Source of the DNA: Mustelus asterias
Taxonomy: Eukaryota
DNA length: 64,000 nucleotides
Direction of reading: 5' to 3'
Assembly: GCF_964213995.1 (NCBI RefSeq)
Contig: NW_027590155.1
Location: forward strand, 434,001-498,000
Shown here: in pieces, positions 46,650 through 59,526 of the stretch
Layout: every line of letters begins with the position of its first letter
Position numbering within the stretch: position 1 is the stretch's first letter
The notes under the pieces: model-generated
Told to the model about the DNA's origin: nothing
Database searches by the model: none
Seen by the model: only the letters and a program-made list of their open reading frames with translations
Made by a program: the position numbers and the translations under genes

Positions 46650-49295
46650 TTTACTTCTTAGTTCTAAGATATATAAAATTACAGAAGAAGCAACAAACCT
46701 GAGGTTTAGGACCGTTTTAGAATTCAACAAAAGAAGACCAAATGATCGCGGGGGGAAATAGAGTATGAAAGTAAAATAGCAGTGAACATAGAAACTGATT
46801 GTAAAAGCTTCTATGAATATCTGAAGAGACAAAGATTAGTAAAGACAAATGTAGTACCTTACAGTCAGAATCCAGGGAAATTATAATGGGGAACAAAGAA
46901 ATGTTGGGTGAATAGAACACAAAGTTTGACACCACCTTCACAAAAGAGGACACACATATCCTCCCAGAAATGTTAGGGAACCAAGGGGCTAGTTGGAAGG
47001 CGGCATTGCTGAAAACCAGTATTAGTACGAAAATCGTACTGGGGAAATTAATCCGGTTAAATGCTGATCAATCACTAGGGCTTGATAATCTACATCCCAG
47101 AGTATGAAAGGAAATGGCCCTGAAAATATTGGATACATTGGTGGTCATCTTCCAATCTTCTATGAACTCTGGAACAGTTCCTACAGATTGGAGAGTGACA
47201 AATGTAACCTCAATGTATACAAAGGAAGGGAGAGTAAAAATGATGAATTACAGCCTGACTTTAGTCTCATCGAAGATTTTAGAAACTTATAAAAGACATG
47301 ATAGCAAAACATGTGGAAAGCATTAACGGAATTTGATGAACCCAGCACGGGCTTAATAAATACGTCATTCTTAACAAACCTACTTGCGTTCTTTGAGGAT
47401 GCAAATAATGGGATAGGCAATGTGGGACCGGTGTACGTGGTGTATTTGCACTTCAAGAAGACATTTGAGATGGTTCTTCATAAAATATCAGGAGGCCAAA
47501 TTAAAGCGCAAACGGGGTTAATGTATTGGCATAGGTATGGAATTCGTTGACAGGTAAGAAACTCGAGAGTGGAAATAAATGGGTCATTTTCCGAGTGGCA
47601 GTCAGCGACTCGTGGGGTACCCCAGATCCCAACTTTTTAAATTTATTCATTAGTCACAAGTAGGCTTACGTTAACACTGCAATGAAGTTACTGTGAAATC
47701 CCCGAGTCGCCATATTCCAGCGCCTGTTCGGGTGCACTGAGGGAGAATTTAGCATGGCGTAGCTAATGCACCTAGCCAGAAAGTCTTTCAGACTGTGGGA
47801 GGAAACCGGAGCACCCGGAACAAATCCATATAGACACGGGGAGAATGTGCAGGCTCCGTACAGACAGTGACCCAAGCTGGGAATCGAACCCAGGTCCCTC
47901 GCACTGTACAACTGTGGGATCTGGATGAGGGAATCAAATGTAACATTTTCAAAAGGGTTGGCGATACATAACTGGGCGTAATTGTGAGCTGTGTGGAGGA
48001 TGAAGGGGGGCTTCACTGTGATCTGGACAAGTTGAGTGAATGGGTGAACACGTGGCAGATGCAGTACAGGGTGACAAATGTGCAGTTATATACTGGTGTG
48101 TAAAGTAGAAAGCAACATATATTTGGAAGTGCGATGTAGAAATGGATCTGCGTGTCCTTGTACACCAGTCAATAAAATTGGAGAGGCATGCACAGCAAAC
48201 AATTAGGAAGGCCTTCTCTGCACGAAGATTTGAGTTCAGAATTACGGAAGCCTTACTGCAGTTATGCCGGGCCTTCCTAGGACCATGCCCGGTGTAGTGC
48301 GTGTAGTTCTGATCTCGGTAAATAAGAATCGGTCTGTGAGGACTACAACTGATACCGGAATTGGTGGGACTGTCCTAGGAGGTGAGGTTGATTCGACTGG
48401 GCCTGTATTCACTTGACTCACCTGATGAAGGAGCGGTGCTCTGAAAGCTCGTGATTCCAAATAAACCTGTTGGACTTTAACCTGGTGTTGTGAGACGACT
48501 TACTGTGCCAACCCCATTCCAACGCTGGTATTTCCACCTCATGTATTCACTTGAATTTAGAAGGATGAGAGGACATCTGATCGAAACATATAAAATTGTG
48601 ACTGAAACATATAAAACATATAAAACGAGGGCGGCACGGTGGCACAGTGGCTAGCCTCATAGCGCCAGGGACTCGGATATGATTCCCAGCTTGGGCCACT
48701 GTCTGTGCAGAGTCTGCATTCTCCCCGTGTCTGCGTGGGTTTCCTTCGGGTGCTCCAGTTTCCTCCAATAATCTGAAAGACGTGTTGGTTCGGTGCATTG
48801 ACCATGCTAAATTTTCGCTCAGCGCACCTGAACAGGCACTGGAGTGTGACGGTAGGGCATTTTCACAGTAACTTCATTGGAGTGTGAATGTATGCCTACC
48901 TGTGACACAAATAATAAATATACATTATGAATAAATAAATAAAGTATAACAGGGCTGGACAGGCTAGATGAAGGAAAGATGTTTTCGCTGGTTAGGGAGT
49001 CTCAAACCAGGGATGCAGTTTCAAGACACAGGGTAGCCAATTTAGGATAGAAATGGGGAAAGCTCTCTTCACTTCAGAGGCGAGTGAACCTGCGGAGTGA
49101 TCTCGCACAGATGACTGTGGATGCCATGTCGCTGCATATATTCAAGAAATAAATAGATTTGTGATTAAATTTTAATGCTATCAAGGGGTGTGGACAGAAT
49201 GCAACAATGTGGCCTGGAGATAGAAAACTATCCATGATCATAATGAATGACGGATCAGGTTCGAATGGCCTACTTCGATTCCTAGTTTCTGTGTA
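46650..49295 (+). mobile_element. Old degenerate CR1 with nested V-SINEs (47640-47905 -, 48630-48915 +) and a Penelope-type insert
   Basis: Decayed motifs VPTDWRVTNVT, LTNLLAFFE, VVYLHFKKTF. Confidence 0.75.
48417..48541 (+). mobile_element. Penelope-like terminal-repeat fragment with hammerhead motif and 13-bp TSD
   Basis: tcac-CTGATGA-a-ggagc ggt gctct-GAAA-gctc-gtga followed by aataaa; flanked by tgtattcacttga at 48404-48416 and 48542-48554. Confidence 0.75.
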
Positions 49296-49860
49296 CCTAA
49301 TGTTCAGCTAATGTTCTGAGGACCTGGGTTTAAATCCCACCGCGGCAGATCGTGGAATTTGAATTCAATTAAAAATATCTGGAACTAAGAATCTATTGAT
49401 GACTGAGACCATTGTTAATTTTTGTAAAAACCCATCTGATTCGCTAATGTCCCTTTCGGGAAAGAAATCTACCGTCCTTAACTTGTCTGACCGACATTTG
49501 ACTCCAGAGGCACAGCAATGTGGTTGACTCCCAACTGCCCTCCAAGGGCAACTAAGGATGGGCAAAGCATGCTCGTCAGCCAGTGACGCCCAAGTCCCAC
49601 GAATGAATAAAAAAGACTGTGTTTACCCTGTCTGTCCTACATGTGACTCCAGTTCCACAGTGATGAAGCTGACACTTAAATGCCGCTGAGATTTCCGAAA
49701 TAGCCATTCAGGTGTTTCAAAGCTGCTGCAGAAATTCAAACACAAATAAAACCGACCAGAGGGCAATTATTTCAAAAAGGTGGCTCAGATCAGCCTTCTC
49801 AGGATGGGCAATGAATGCTGACTTTGCCAGTGATGCCCATATCCAGAGAATGAATAAAAC
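49295..49860 (+). mobile_element. Old SINE copies (SacSINE1/DeuSINE-like)
   Basis: aaatcccaccgcggcagatcgtggaatttgaattcaat...gactccagag...ggatgggca...gaatgaataaaa. Confidence 0.6.
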
Positions 49861-50239
49861 AGTGGAAACAGTGCGGATCCTGACAATCTAACAGAAAAAC
49901 AACAAAAACGGTTGATCAGTGGGCATCAGCAGAGAGTGAAACGGATTCTCATTGCAGGCCAATGGCAGGATGCAAAATCTCGATGAAATAATTCCCTAGA
50001 ACAGGGCTGTTCTCCCCAGTATCCTGGGCCATTCATTCTTCAACTAAAATCACAAAATTGCTGTTCCTTTATCACATCTCGGTTTGTGGGAGGCTGCTGT
50101 GCTCCAGATATTTGCTGTATTCCCAATATTACAGTAGTGAATAAATTCAGCGAAAATACATCAGTGAGTTTTAAATGCTTTGGGGCGATCTGAGGTCAGG
50201 GAAACCGTTATAAAAACGTGGGCGGCACGGTGTCATAGT

Positions 50240-50575
50240 GAGGCGGCACTGTGGCACAGTGGTAGCACTGCTGCCTTACATCTCTAGAGCCGTGGTTCGA
50301 TTCCCGGCTTGGGCCACTGTCTGTGTGGAGCTCGCACATTCTTCCACATGCCTGCGAGGGTTTCCTCCGGGTGCTCCGGTTTCTTTCCACAGTGCAAAGA
50401 TGTACGGGTTAGGTTGATTGGCCATGCTAAATTGCCCCTTAGTACCCCATGATATGCAGGTTAACGAAATTAACAAGGTAAATATGTTGGGTTGCGAGGA
50501 TAGGGCCTACGTGGGATTTTTGTCGGTGCAGACTCGACGGGCTGAATGGCCTCCTTCTGCACTGTAGGTTTTCTA
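50240..50575 (+). mobile_element. HE1/V-SINE
   Basis: Head, V-domain and tail. Confidence 0.88.
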
Positions 50576-51719
50576 TGTTTCCATGAACTAAATGCAAGTT
50601 CTTTCCAAATGTTAACATTAGAAAATGCAAGATTTGATATGTTGAGAGCTCTGAGATTAATGTGATTGTATTCATTCCGCTGCATGTTGTCTTAGCTTGT
50701 CCAGTTTAAGTAGATTAAATCATCAATCAAATTGATATTCAGTGGAATACCAGCCTGTTCAACTATATTTCATTTATTGTGACATCAGAATACTCTGAAC
50801 AAATTTTTGATTAGAATGTATCTCTTTATTTGAATTAAATAGCATCTGTTCTAATGGGTATTCACAAAGCTTCTATTCATTTTGAACCAATTGTCAATAT
50901 ACTTAAATTAAACAGTTACTTTGAGTTGAAACGAATCAATAAGTGACTGATTATCTGGTTTTGCTGCCGTGATACTTCATTCTAACCAGTGAGGTGTTTG
51001 TGTAAGTAAACAGAGAAATAGCAATCCCAGAATAAATTTATTGATGGAGATAAACAAAACAAAAATTTCCCCATCAACACAGCACAGAAATAGACAAACA
51101 TGCATATAAATCAAGGGATTCCAGTCGTTAATGTTTTTTGGACATTTTTCTTCATCGGTTATATGCGCAAAAAAGGCCATGATCATCTCTGTGTTCAAAA
51201 GTAGGAAAGATTCCCTCTAATCTCGAAATATAATGCCACGGCAAATATATTTGTGGAGATTTCCTGTGCTTTATCTCTCTGTGTTTTTCTCCTGTCTGAT
51301 TCTGTCTCTTGTTTTGTCTCTCCACGACAGGTCATTGTCAACAACATCAAGTCAAACTCCAGCTAATGTATTCTCTCAGCCATATCAATAGGCTTCTAAC
51401 TAAATGGGTCTAATTCAATTAATTGGACAATATCGAGAGAGCTTTTCTCCAAAATGTATATTGGTCATTCCCTGGATCTAACTCGTCCTGTCCCGGCCAC
51501 CCAATTGTTTCAATGGACAGTGTAGAGAGAGTTTTACTGTTTCTAAACAGCCTACATTTTCTGGGAATGTATGATTCGGACAGTGGAGATGGAGATTCAC
51601 TTCGTATCTATCCCGTGCTACACCTGCCTTGGGAATGTTTAATGTTGCAATGTGGAGGGAGCTTAACATTCGCTACCTAAACACATGCTACACCTGTCCT
51701 TGGAATGTTTGATGGGACA

Positions 51720-52045
51720 CTAGGCCCTGTCTCTATAATGCACTCGTCTGTGATCCTGGTCTGCTGATGCTAAATTAACTAATCTCTGCGTCAGTTTATA
51801 TTAAAGAACGTTGTGTCTCTGTTCATATTACACGAGATGTGCTCTCTGTTTATACTAAACTAGATGCTGTCTCTGTTTATATTACACGTCACCATATCTC
51901 TGTTTACATTAAGCTCGACAGTGACTCTGCTTCTATTAATGTAGACCTGTCTCTGTACTAAACTGGATGCGGTCTTAGTTCTGCACTTGACTATGTCCAC
52001 GTTCATTTTATATTGGGCACGGACTCAGTTATTACTGCGCTAGAC
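51720..52045 (+). repeat. 27-bp minisatellite block
   Basis: tctctgtt recurs at 51816, 51843, 51870 and 51897 (period 27). Confidence 0.8.
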
Positions 52046-52439
52046 AAGGTGCAATAATGTGAAAAGTGGCTGGGGGAACACATTTCTCTGCATCCTCCGA
52101 CAGACACAACTCTCTGGGATGGAGACTGGTCTTGGGCACTGGAAGAAGTGATATCTGAAATGCAATTCTGCTGACTGTATTGCAAGTAGATATCAAACCC
52201 TGCGCTGGATGCACTGTCGATCCAATAGTTTCTGTTTCAGGATCCTGCTGAATACAGATGTTTTTAGCACAGCATATTTATGTATTGTATTATCTCTCCT
52301 CCTCACAGAACCGTAGAGTAATGCGACCATAATTCGAACAGAGGCATAATCTAGTGCATTAATAACAGTGACCTGGTCGCATTAAATGTAGGCAGAGTCA
52401 GGATGAAATAAACACATACATGGACTGATGCAGCATTAA

Positions 52440-52885
52440 GACCATACCATAAGACATAGTAGCAGAAATGGGCCACTCGGCCCATCGAGACTGCTCCGCC
52501 ATTCAATCATGGCTGATACTTTTCTGATCTTCATTCTCCTGCCTTTTGCCCATAACCCCTGATCCCTTTATCAATCAAGAACCTATCTAACTCTATCTTA
52601 AAGACACTCAATGACTTGGCCTCCACAGCCTGGCAAAGAGTTCCACAGATTCACCACTCTCTGGCTGAAGACATTTTTCCTCATCTCTGTTTTAAAGGAT
52701 CACCCCTTTAGCGTGAGGTTGTGCCCTCTGGTTCTAGCTTTTCCTACGAGGGGAAACATCCTCTCCATGTTCACTCTATCCAGCCCTCGCAGTATCCTGC
52801 AAGTTTCAATAAGATCCACCCCCCCATTCTTCTTAACTCCATCGAGTACAGACCCAGAGTCCTCAAACGTTCCTCATACGGCAAG
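52440..52885 (-). mobile_element. CR1 3' fragment
   Basis: cataagacatag tail and ttccacagattcaccactctctgg. Confidence 0.8.
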
Positions 52886-53044
52886 TTCTAACTAAAACAA
52901 GATCGAGTTAATTTGATGTAATGAACTATTCAAGCAAATACTGTGACCGAAACATTTGTAATGTAAGAATGTTGTTTCAGTTTAGTATACACAGATAAAT
53001 GCTGTGATGCAGTAGGAATTGAGACACAGCCAGATTAAAGTTTT

Positions 53045-53340
53045 AAAGCTTATTTGTTAGTGTCACAAGTAGGCTTACATCAACACTGCAATTAAGTTAC
53101 TGTGAAAATCCCCTAGTCGCCTGTTCGGGTAGAATTTAGGGGAGAATTTAGCATGGCCAAAATGCACCTAAACAGCACGTCCTTCGGACTGTGGGAGGAA
53201 ACCGGAGGACCCGGATGAAACCCACCCAGACACAGGGAGAACATGCAGACGACACACAGACAGTCACCATAGCTGGGAATTGAAACCGGGTCCCTGGTGC
53301 TATCAGGCAGCAGTGATAACTATTGTGCCACCGTGCCGCC
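53045..53340 (-). mobile_element. V-SINE variant
   Basis: V-domain and ggcttacatcaacactgc tail. Confidence 0.8.
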
Positions 53341-53554
53341 CGTATTAACTGAAACATAGTTCAGCACAGTCATAACTCAGAAACTATCGTCGAAGTAGGG
53401 CCTTGGCTTCTTGTCGGAACAACTGATAATGAGCCGAGTAGGGAAATAACGGAGATAAGACATGTTGTAATGTGATCGAGACATGGCCTATTTCAATACA
53501 GAAATGGGGGTTAATTGAATATAAGCAGAGATATGATATGTTTAAAGTTATTTT

Positions 53555-55390
53555 ATGAGATTTTTGTGTCACTGGTAAAGTAGCATTTGTTGCCACTTCG
53601 TTTTTCCCTTTGAGAATGTAGTGGTGAGCACTCTTCTCGAGCCATTGAATTCCACAGAGTAAATACACGCACAGTGCTGACAGGAAGGGAGTTACAAGGT
53701 TTTCATCCATTGACACTGAAATATACAGTCAAGATGGCGTGTGGGTTTTATGGGCACTTGCAGGTAATTGTGTTCTCGTGCATCTGCTGCCCTTGTCGTT
53801 TTAAGTATCAGAATGAATGTGTTTGGAAGGTGCTATCGAAGGATTATGTTGCCGCTCTCCAAGTTGTGTATAGTTCACACTACTGGAGTTGTACATCTGT
53901 GATGCAGAGAGTGAATGCTTAAAGTGGTGTGTGGGGCGTTCATCGAGCAACCTGCTTTTTGCTGGGTGGTTTCGAGATATTTGGGTGTTGCTTCAGGGTC
54001 ACACGTCAGACAAGTGGAGAACATTCAATCAGACTCCTGACCTTTGCCCTGTACATGATGGAGAGGGTTTGAGAAGTCAAGGGGTGAGTGACTCAACACA
54101 AAATTCCCAGCGTCTGACATGTCCTTGTCGCAATATTTTTTACATGGTTGCCCAGTTCAGTTTTTAATCAACGGTAATTCACAGAATGATGATAGTGGGG
54201 GTTTCAGCCGTCGTCATGCCATTTAGTGTCAAAGGGAGATGTTTGGAATCTCTCTTACTTGCAGAAGGTCATTGCCTGCCACTTGTGTGGCGTGAATGTT
54301 ATTCTCTAATCCTCAGAAAAGCCTGAATGTGTTCTAAGTCTTGCTGCATATGGACACGGACTGCTTCAGTATCTGAGGAGTCGCAAATGTGCTGAACACT
54401 GTGCAATCATTAGTGAACATCCCACTTCTGACCTTCCAATGAAGGGTGAAGATTAGGCCGAGCACACTATCCTGAGGACTTCCTGCAGCAAAGCCCTGTG
54501 ACTCAGATGATTGGCTTTCAACAACCACAACCATCTTACTCTATGTTCGGTTTGACTGAAGCCAGTGGAATGTTTACCCCCGGATCCCCATTGACTGCAG
54601 CTTCGCTCGGGCTTATTGATGCCATAATCAGTCAAGTGCTGCGTTATTGTCGAGGGCAGGCACTCTCACCTTACCTTATTAAATCAGCTATTTCTACTAT
54701 ATTTGGACTAAGTTCAAATGATTTCTGGAACCGCGTGCCCCTAGTGGGACCCAGAGAGAGCATCATTGAGCGGATTATTATTATTATTGCTGATCGGATG
54801 ATCCTTGATACTTTCTATTACGTTGATCGAGTGAGGACGCATTGGGCGATAATTGGCCGGATTGGATTTTCCCTGCTTTTCGTGACAGGACATGTCTGCC
54901 AATTTTCCATACTGTTGGGTATGTGACCGTGATGTATATACTTGAATAGATTGGCTGGGGCGCAGCTAGCTCCAGAGCACAAATCGTCATTATTATTGCT
55001 GAAATATTGTCAGGACCAATAACCTTTGCAGTGTCCAAAGCCTTCAGCACAGTGTTAGGCCACAGATCAATCATGAACATATTGCATGGCGGAGCGGGCT
55101 CCAGGGCTTGAATGGCCTATTCCTGTTCCAATGTTATACTGTGAAATGAATTGAACTGCTTGGAAACTGGCATCTGTGATGCTGGGGACCTCAGGAGGAG
55201 GCTGAGATGGAACATCTTCTCGGCACTTCCGGCTGGAGATGGTAGCAATTGTTTCAGTTTTGTTTCTTTACCCTTTGCTGAGGTCCCACATCATTAAGAA
55301 TGTGGGTTTTATTTTAGGCTCCTGCTGCGGTTAGTTGTTTTAATGTCCACGACCATTCAGGACTGCATGCGGCAGAACTGCAAAGTTTGA
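53555..55390 (-). mobile_element. Old CR1-clade LINE, heavily decayed
   Basis: LKALDTAKVIGPDNI and SPQDSVLG remnants; same family as 11255-11860. Confidence 0.7.
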
Positions 55391-55809
55391 TCCTTCCTGG
55401 AAATATTCGGATCAGAGTGATTGTGTGATGTATACATTGACATGTACTGGTGCAATATTAGTTTAAACAGGGTGTCATATAATATAATGTAGTATAATCA
55501 GCGACTGTGCCCATTCTAAATAGATACATATGGAGGTCAATTCAAAATGAACAGATACAGGGTCCAGTGTAGTATTTATTGCGGCATTCATTGCGTCATG
55601 TAATGTAACCCATCAAGATTTCATTTCCATCTGCTGGCAAAACTCTGTAATTACAGTTACTGTGAAAATATCGCTGTTCGGTATGATCTATGATATGAAT
55701 GTACCACGAATTCACATCCATTAATGTAATACCACATCCCCTTCTGCGGAAGGTGCCAAATTGTAAGGTGCAACGAATTGTACACGTACGTTACTGAATC
55801 ATGCAGCTT

Positions 55810-56620
55810 AAGTGTTGTCCCGCAGGAATCTGTCTTGGGGCCTCAATTATTGACAGTATTCATTAATGGCTTAGATAATGGCATAAAAAGTCAAATGTCC
55901 AAATGATAGATCAATGTATTTTTAGAAGGCACAAAATTAAATTTAGTGGATGCCCAACGAGATTTGGGCCTTCCGGCGCATAGTTTCTCAAAATGCCACG
56001 AACTGATGCAGAAAATAGACATTAAGGCCAATGGAATGCTGGCCTTCATACCCAAAGGACTGGAGTATAGGGATGCAGATGTTGTACTGCAATTGTGAAA
56101 ATCTTTGTTACACCACAAAAAGAGTACTGTGAGCAGGCATGGGCAACAAATCTTTGGAAAGATGTTGGCTCTGGAGGGAGTTCAACGCAAGTTGCGAGGA
56201 GAGATCAGACAAATTAAGGCTTTTTCTCTCGAATTCAGAAGGTTGAGGGCCGCTCTGATAGAAATCTATGAAATATTTACAGGGAAGGTAGATAAAGATA
56301 AAATGTTTCCACACGTTGAAAGTTCGAGAATAAAGGGCCATAGTTTAAAAAAATAGGGACAGGCCGTTCAGGAGAGTTAATAGAAAGAATTTGTACACGC
56401 AGAGAGAGATGGATGTTTGGAACTCTCTTCCGCAGACGCCAGTGGGTGCTGGTTCAATTGTTAGATTGAAGTCTGAGATCGATTTTCTTTTATTGAACAG
56501 GGGTATCAACATGGGCCGGGGGAAGGTACATGTATTCGGCCACAGATCAGCCATGAACTTATTGAATGGCGAGGCGAGTTAGAGGAGCTGAATGGCCTAC
56601 TCCTGCGGCTATGTTCCGAT
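55810..56620 (+). mobile_element. Decayed CR1 fragment
   Basis: LALEGVQRK...FSLEFRRLRAALIEIY. Confidence 0.75.
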
Positions 56621-56802
56621 GTTGCCAGATCAGCATCAGATCAAAATAGCTCAATCCATGGTAATGCATTTTTGTTCATTTTGGTTAAAAGGAGGGATGT
56701 TGACCAGGGCGCTGTTGGAGACCATGGGACCTTTAACGTCCAGCTCAGCAAACATGGCGTTGGGGAAAGTTTATTTGTTCATCGTTCCATCTGAAAGATA
56801 GT

Positions 56803-56856
56803 TGGTCACACATTCCAGTTATTTATCAGGAGTTTCTGTGTGATGATGAGGTGATT
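56803..56856 (+). repeat. Left arm of a perfect 54-bp inverted repeat
   Basis: tggtcacacattccagttatttatcaggagtttctgtgtgatgatgaggtgatt is the exact reverse complement of 59473-59526. Confidence 0.9.
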
Positions 56857-57699
56857 CCTCGGAAGCCAAGATGGAGTGTTAAGTTGAAGGAAAGTGTGTG
56901 TGTGTGTTTCTATTTCTGTACGTGTACGTGCGTATGAAAGGGAGACAATTTGTGGGACAGAATGAGAACAAGAGAGAATATATGTGTGTGCCTCTGCGTG
57001 CGTTGTCGGAAAAATGTCATATTGTTTACAAATCAACGTCACAATGATAACCGGCATCCTTCCATTTACAATAGAAGTTAGAAACACAGTAAACACATTC
57101 ATTTCAGTTTCGTTTCTTTTGCATATGTCAAATTTGTTGATGACTGAGGGGGACAACTTTTGAGAGGTTGATTCAACTACAAGTGTTGCCCATGACGCTA
57201 TCAGTTGTGGTTGTAGATTGTCGTTTTGTGTGTCATGAATGAGACCGAGGACGTTTTGGTGGAGAGCCTAGTTCCCCCAAATCTTGCAGTCTCTGCTCTG
57301 ATGCGAGTGTCGAATATCTTCTTGCGATTCACGAAAGTATGGTTATGATACGCATATCTTCCAACACAAGCACAACACTGTGCTTCAGGTTAATCCCGGT
57401 CTTCAAGCAGACGAGTAACAAAATTGTAATCCTATCAAAGGCCTTTCCCGTGATGCTATGATTGAGATACAGCTGCAGATGTTGCCGTCTCCTCTGTCGG
57501 CCTTGTCTTCGGATAGTGTGATGTTTTTGAATCATGAATCTCCTGTGGAACGGAACCTATCTTCTGGCAGAGAAAGAGAAGGTCATAAATGTTCAGAAAG
57601 TTGGTATTTATTTTCACCAATTGCCATCCATTCACAAAGTTGCACAATTTTGTTCACAAGTTATCATCCATTCATAAACATTAATGCATTTAAGTTTTA

Positions 57700-59225
57700 A
57701 TTCAAGGGACATGGGTGTTGCTGGCTAAGTCAGCATTTATTGCCTATACCTAATTGCCCTTAGTAAGCTGGTGATGAGCTAACTGCTTGAATTGCTGCAG
57801 AACCTGTGGTGTAGGTACCCACACTGTGCTGTTCTAGGATTTCAATCCAGCGACAGTGTAGGAAGGACGATATGTTTACAAGTCAGGTATATGACTGATT
57901 TGGAGGGGAATTTATAGGTGATATTCCCTGGTAACTGTTACTCCTGTCCTTCCAGATGGTAACTGTCGTGTGGTTGGAAGTTGCTGCCTAAGGAGTCTTG
58001 GTGAGTTTCGGAAGTGAAACTTGTAAATGGTACATCATACTGCTCTCTGTGGTGGAGGGAGTGAGCATTTTCAAATTCTATGCCAGTCAAGCCGGCTGCT
58101 TATTCCTGAATGGTATGAAGATTCTTGAATGTTGTTTGAGCTCCACTTATTCAAGCAACTGGAAAGAACCCTTTTACTCTCCTGACTTATGTCGTGTAGT
58201 TGGTGCACAGGTTTGGGGAGTCTGGAGGTGGGTTACTCACAGCAGGCTGACCTGATTTTCCAGCCGGAGCTGGATGGAATATAACGTTGACAAGTGTGAG
58301 GTTATCCACTTTGGAAGCAATAATAGTAAAATGGACTCTTATTTATATGATGAAAAATTACAACATGCTACTGTGCAGAGAGACCTGTGGGTCCTTGTGC
58401 ATGAATCGGAAAAAATCAGTTTGCAGGTGCAGCAGGTGATCAAGAAGGCAAATGGAATGTTGGCCTTTATCGCGAAGGGGATGGAGTATAAAAGCAGGCA
58501 GGTCCTGCTACAATTGTACAATGTACTGGTGAGGCCGCAACTAGAGTGCTGTGTGCAATTTTGGTCCCCTTATTTGCGGAAGGATATATTGGCCTTGGAG
58601 GGAGTACAGAGAAGGTTCACCAGGTTGATACCGGAGATGAGGGGGTTAGCTTATGAGGAGAGATTGAGTAGATTGGGCCTGTACTCATTGGAGTTTAGAA
58701 GGCTGAGGAGAGATCTTATAGAGACATATAAGATAATGAACGGACTAGACAGGGTAGAGGCAGAGAGATTCTTTCCACTTAGAAAGGAAACAAGAACGAG
58801 AGGACACAGCCTCAAAATAAGGGGGAGTCAGTTTAGAACAGAGTTGAGGAGGAACTTCTTCTCTCAGAGGGTAGTGAATCTTTGGAATGAATTCTCTGCC
58901 CATTGAAGCAGTGGAGGCTACCTCGTTAAATATGTTTAAGTCACAGGTAGATAGATTTCTGATCAATAAGGGAATTAAGGGTTATGGGGAGCGGGCGGGT
59001 AAGTGGAACATACTATCAGATCAGCCATGGTTTTATTGAATGGCGGGGCAGGCTCGTGGGGCTAGATGGCCTACTCCTGCTCCTACTTCTTATGTTCTTA
59101 TATTCTTGTTAGCCATTGGTAACACCGACGATGTTTATAGTGGGTGATTCAGTATCATAATATCATTGAGTGACAAGGAGCAATGGGTAGATTCTCCTTT
59201 TTGGAGGTGGTCATTGCCTGGCGCT
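57700..59225. mobile_element. Old LINE (minus; 57700-58255, 59110-59225) with a nested CR1 (plus; 58265-59105)
   Basis: ORF 58274-58906 is a CR1 RT C-terminus; flanks resemble the 11255 family. Confidence 0.8.
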
Positions 59226-59472
59226 AATATTACCAATAATCTTCAATTCACAAAAGTTAATTAATATTTCACCAATTATTGTCAGTATTTTATTTGATGC
59301 GAATATAATTTCAGTTTATTTAGTACAATTCATTGAGATTCAAATGTATTGAGACAGCATTCGCCTTTCTGTCACGAAAGAATCAAATCTGCCTCAGAAT
59401 TCAGTGGGAAATTGATTTAAATCAGACCAAATAGTAGCAGCTACCCAGCAGCCTCTACGCTTTATTACAAGT

Positions 59473-59526
59473 AATCACCTCATCATCACACAGAAACTCC
59501 TGATAAATAACTGGAATGTGTGACCA
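59473..59526 (-). repeat. Right arm of the perfect 54-bp inverted repeat
   Basis: aatcacctcatcatcacacagaaactcctgataaataactggaatgtgtgacca. Confidence 0.9.

Noticed and set aside
56830-56840. ACAGAAACT nonamer-like sequence inside the 54-bp inverted repeat
   Set aside because: No heptamer at the correct spacing in either copy, so not an RSS-bounded element
57300-57570. Minus-strand exon-like segment with acceptor and hydrophobic ITILLLVCL
   Set aside because: Stops in all frames and no recognisable domain
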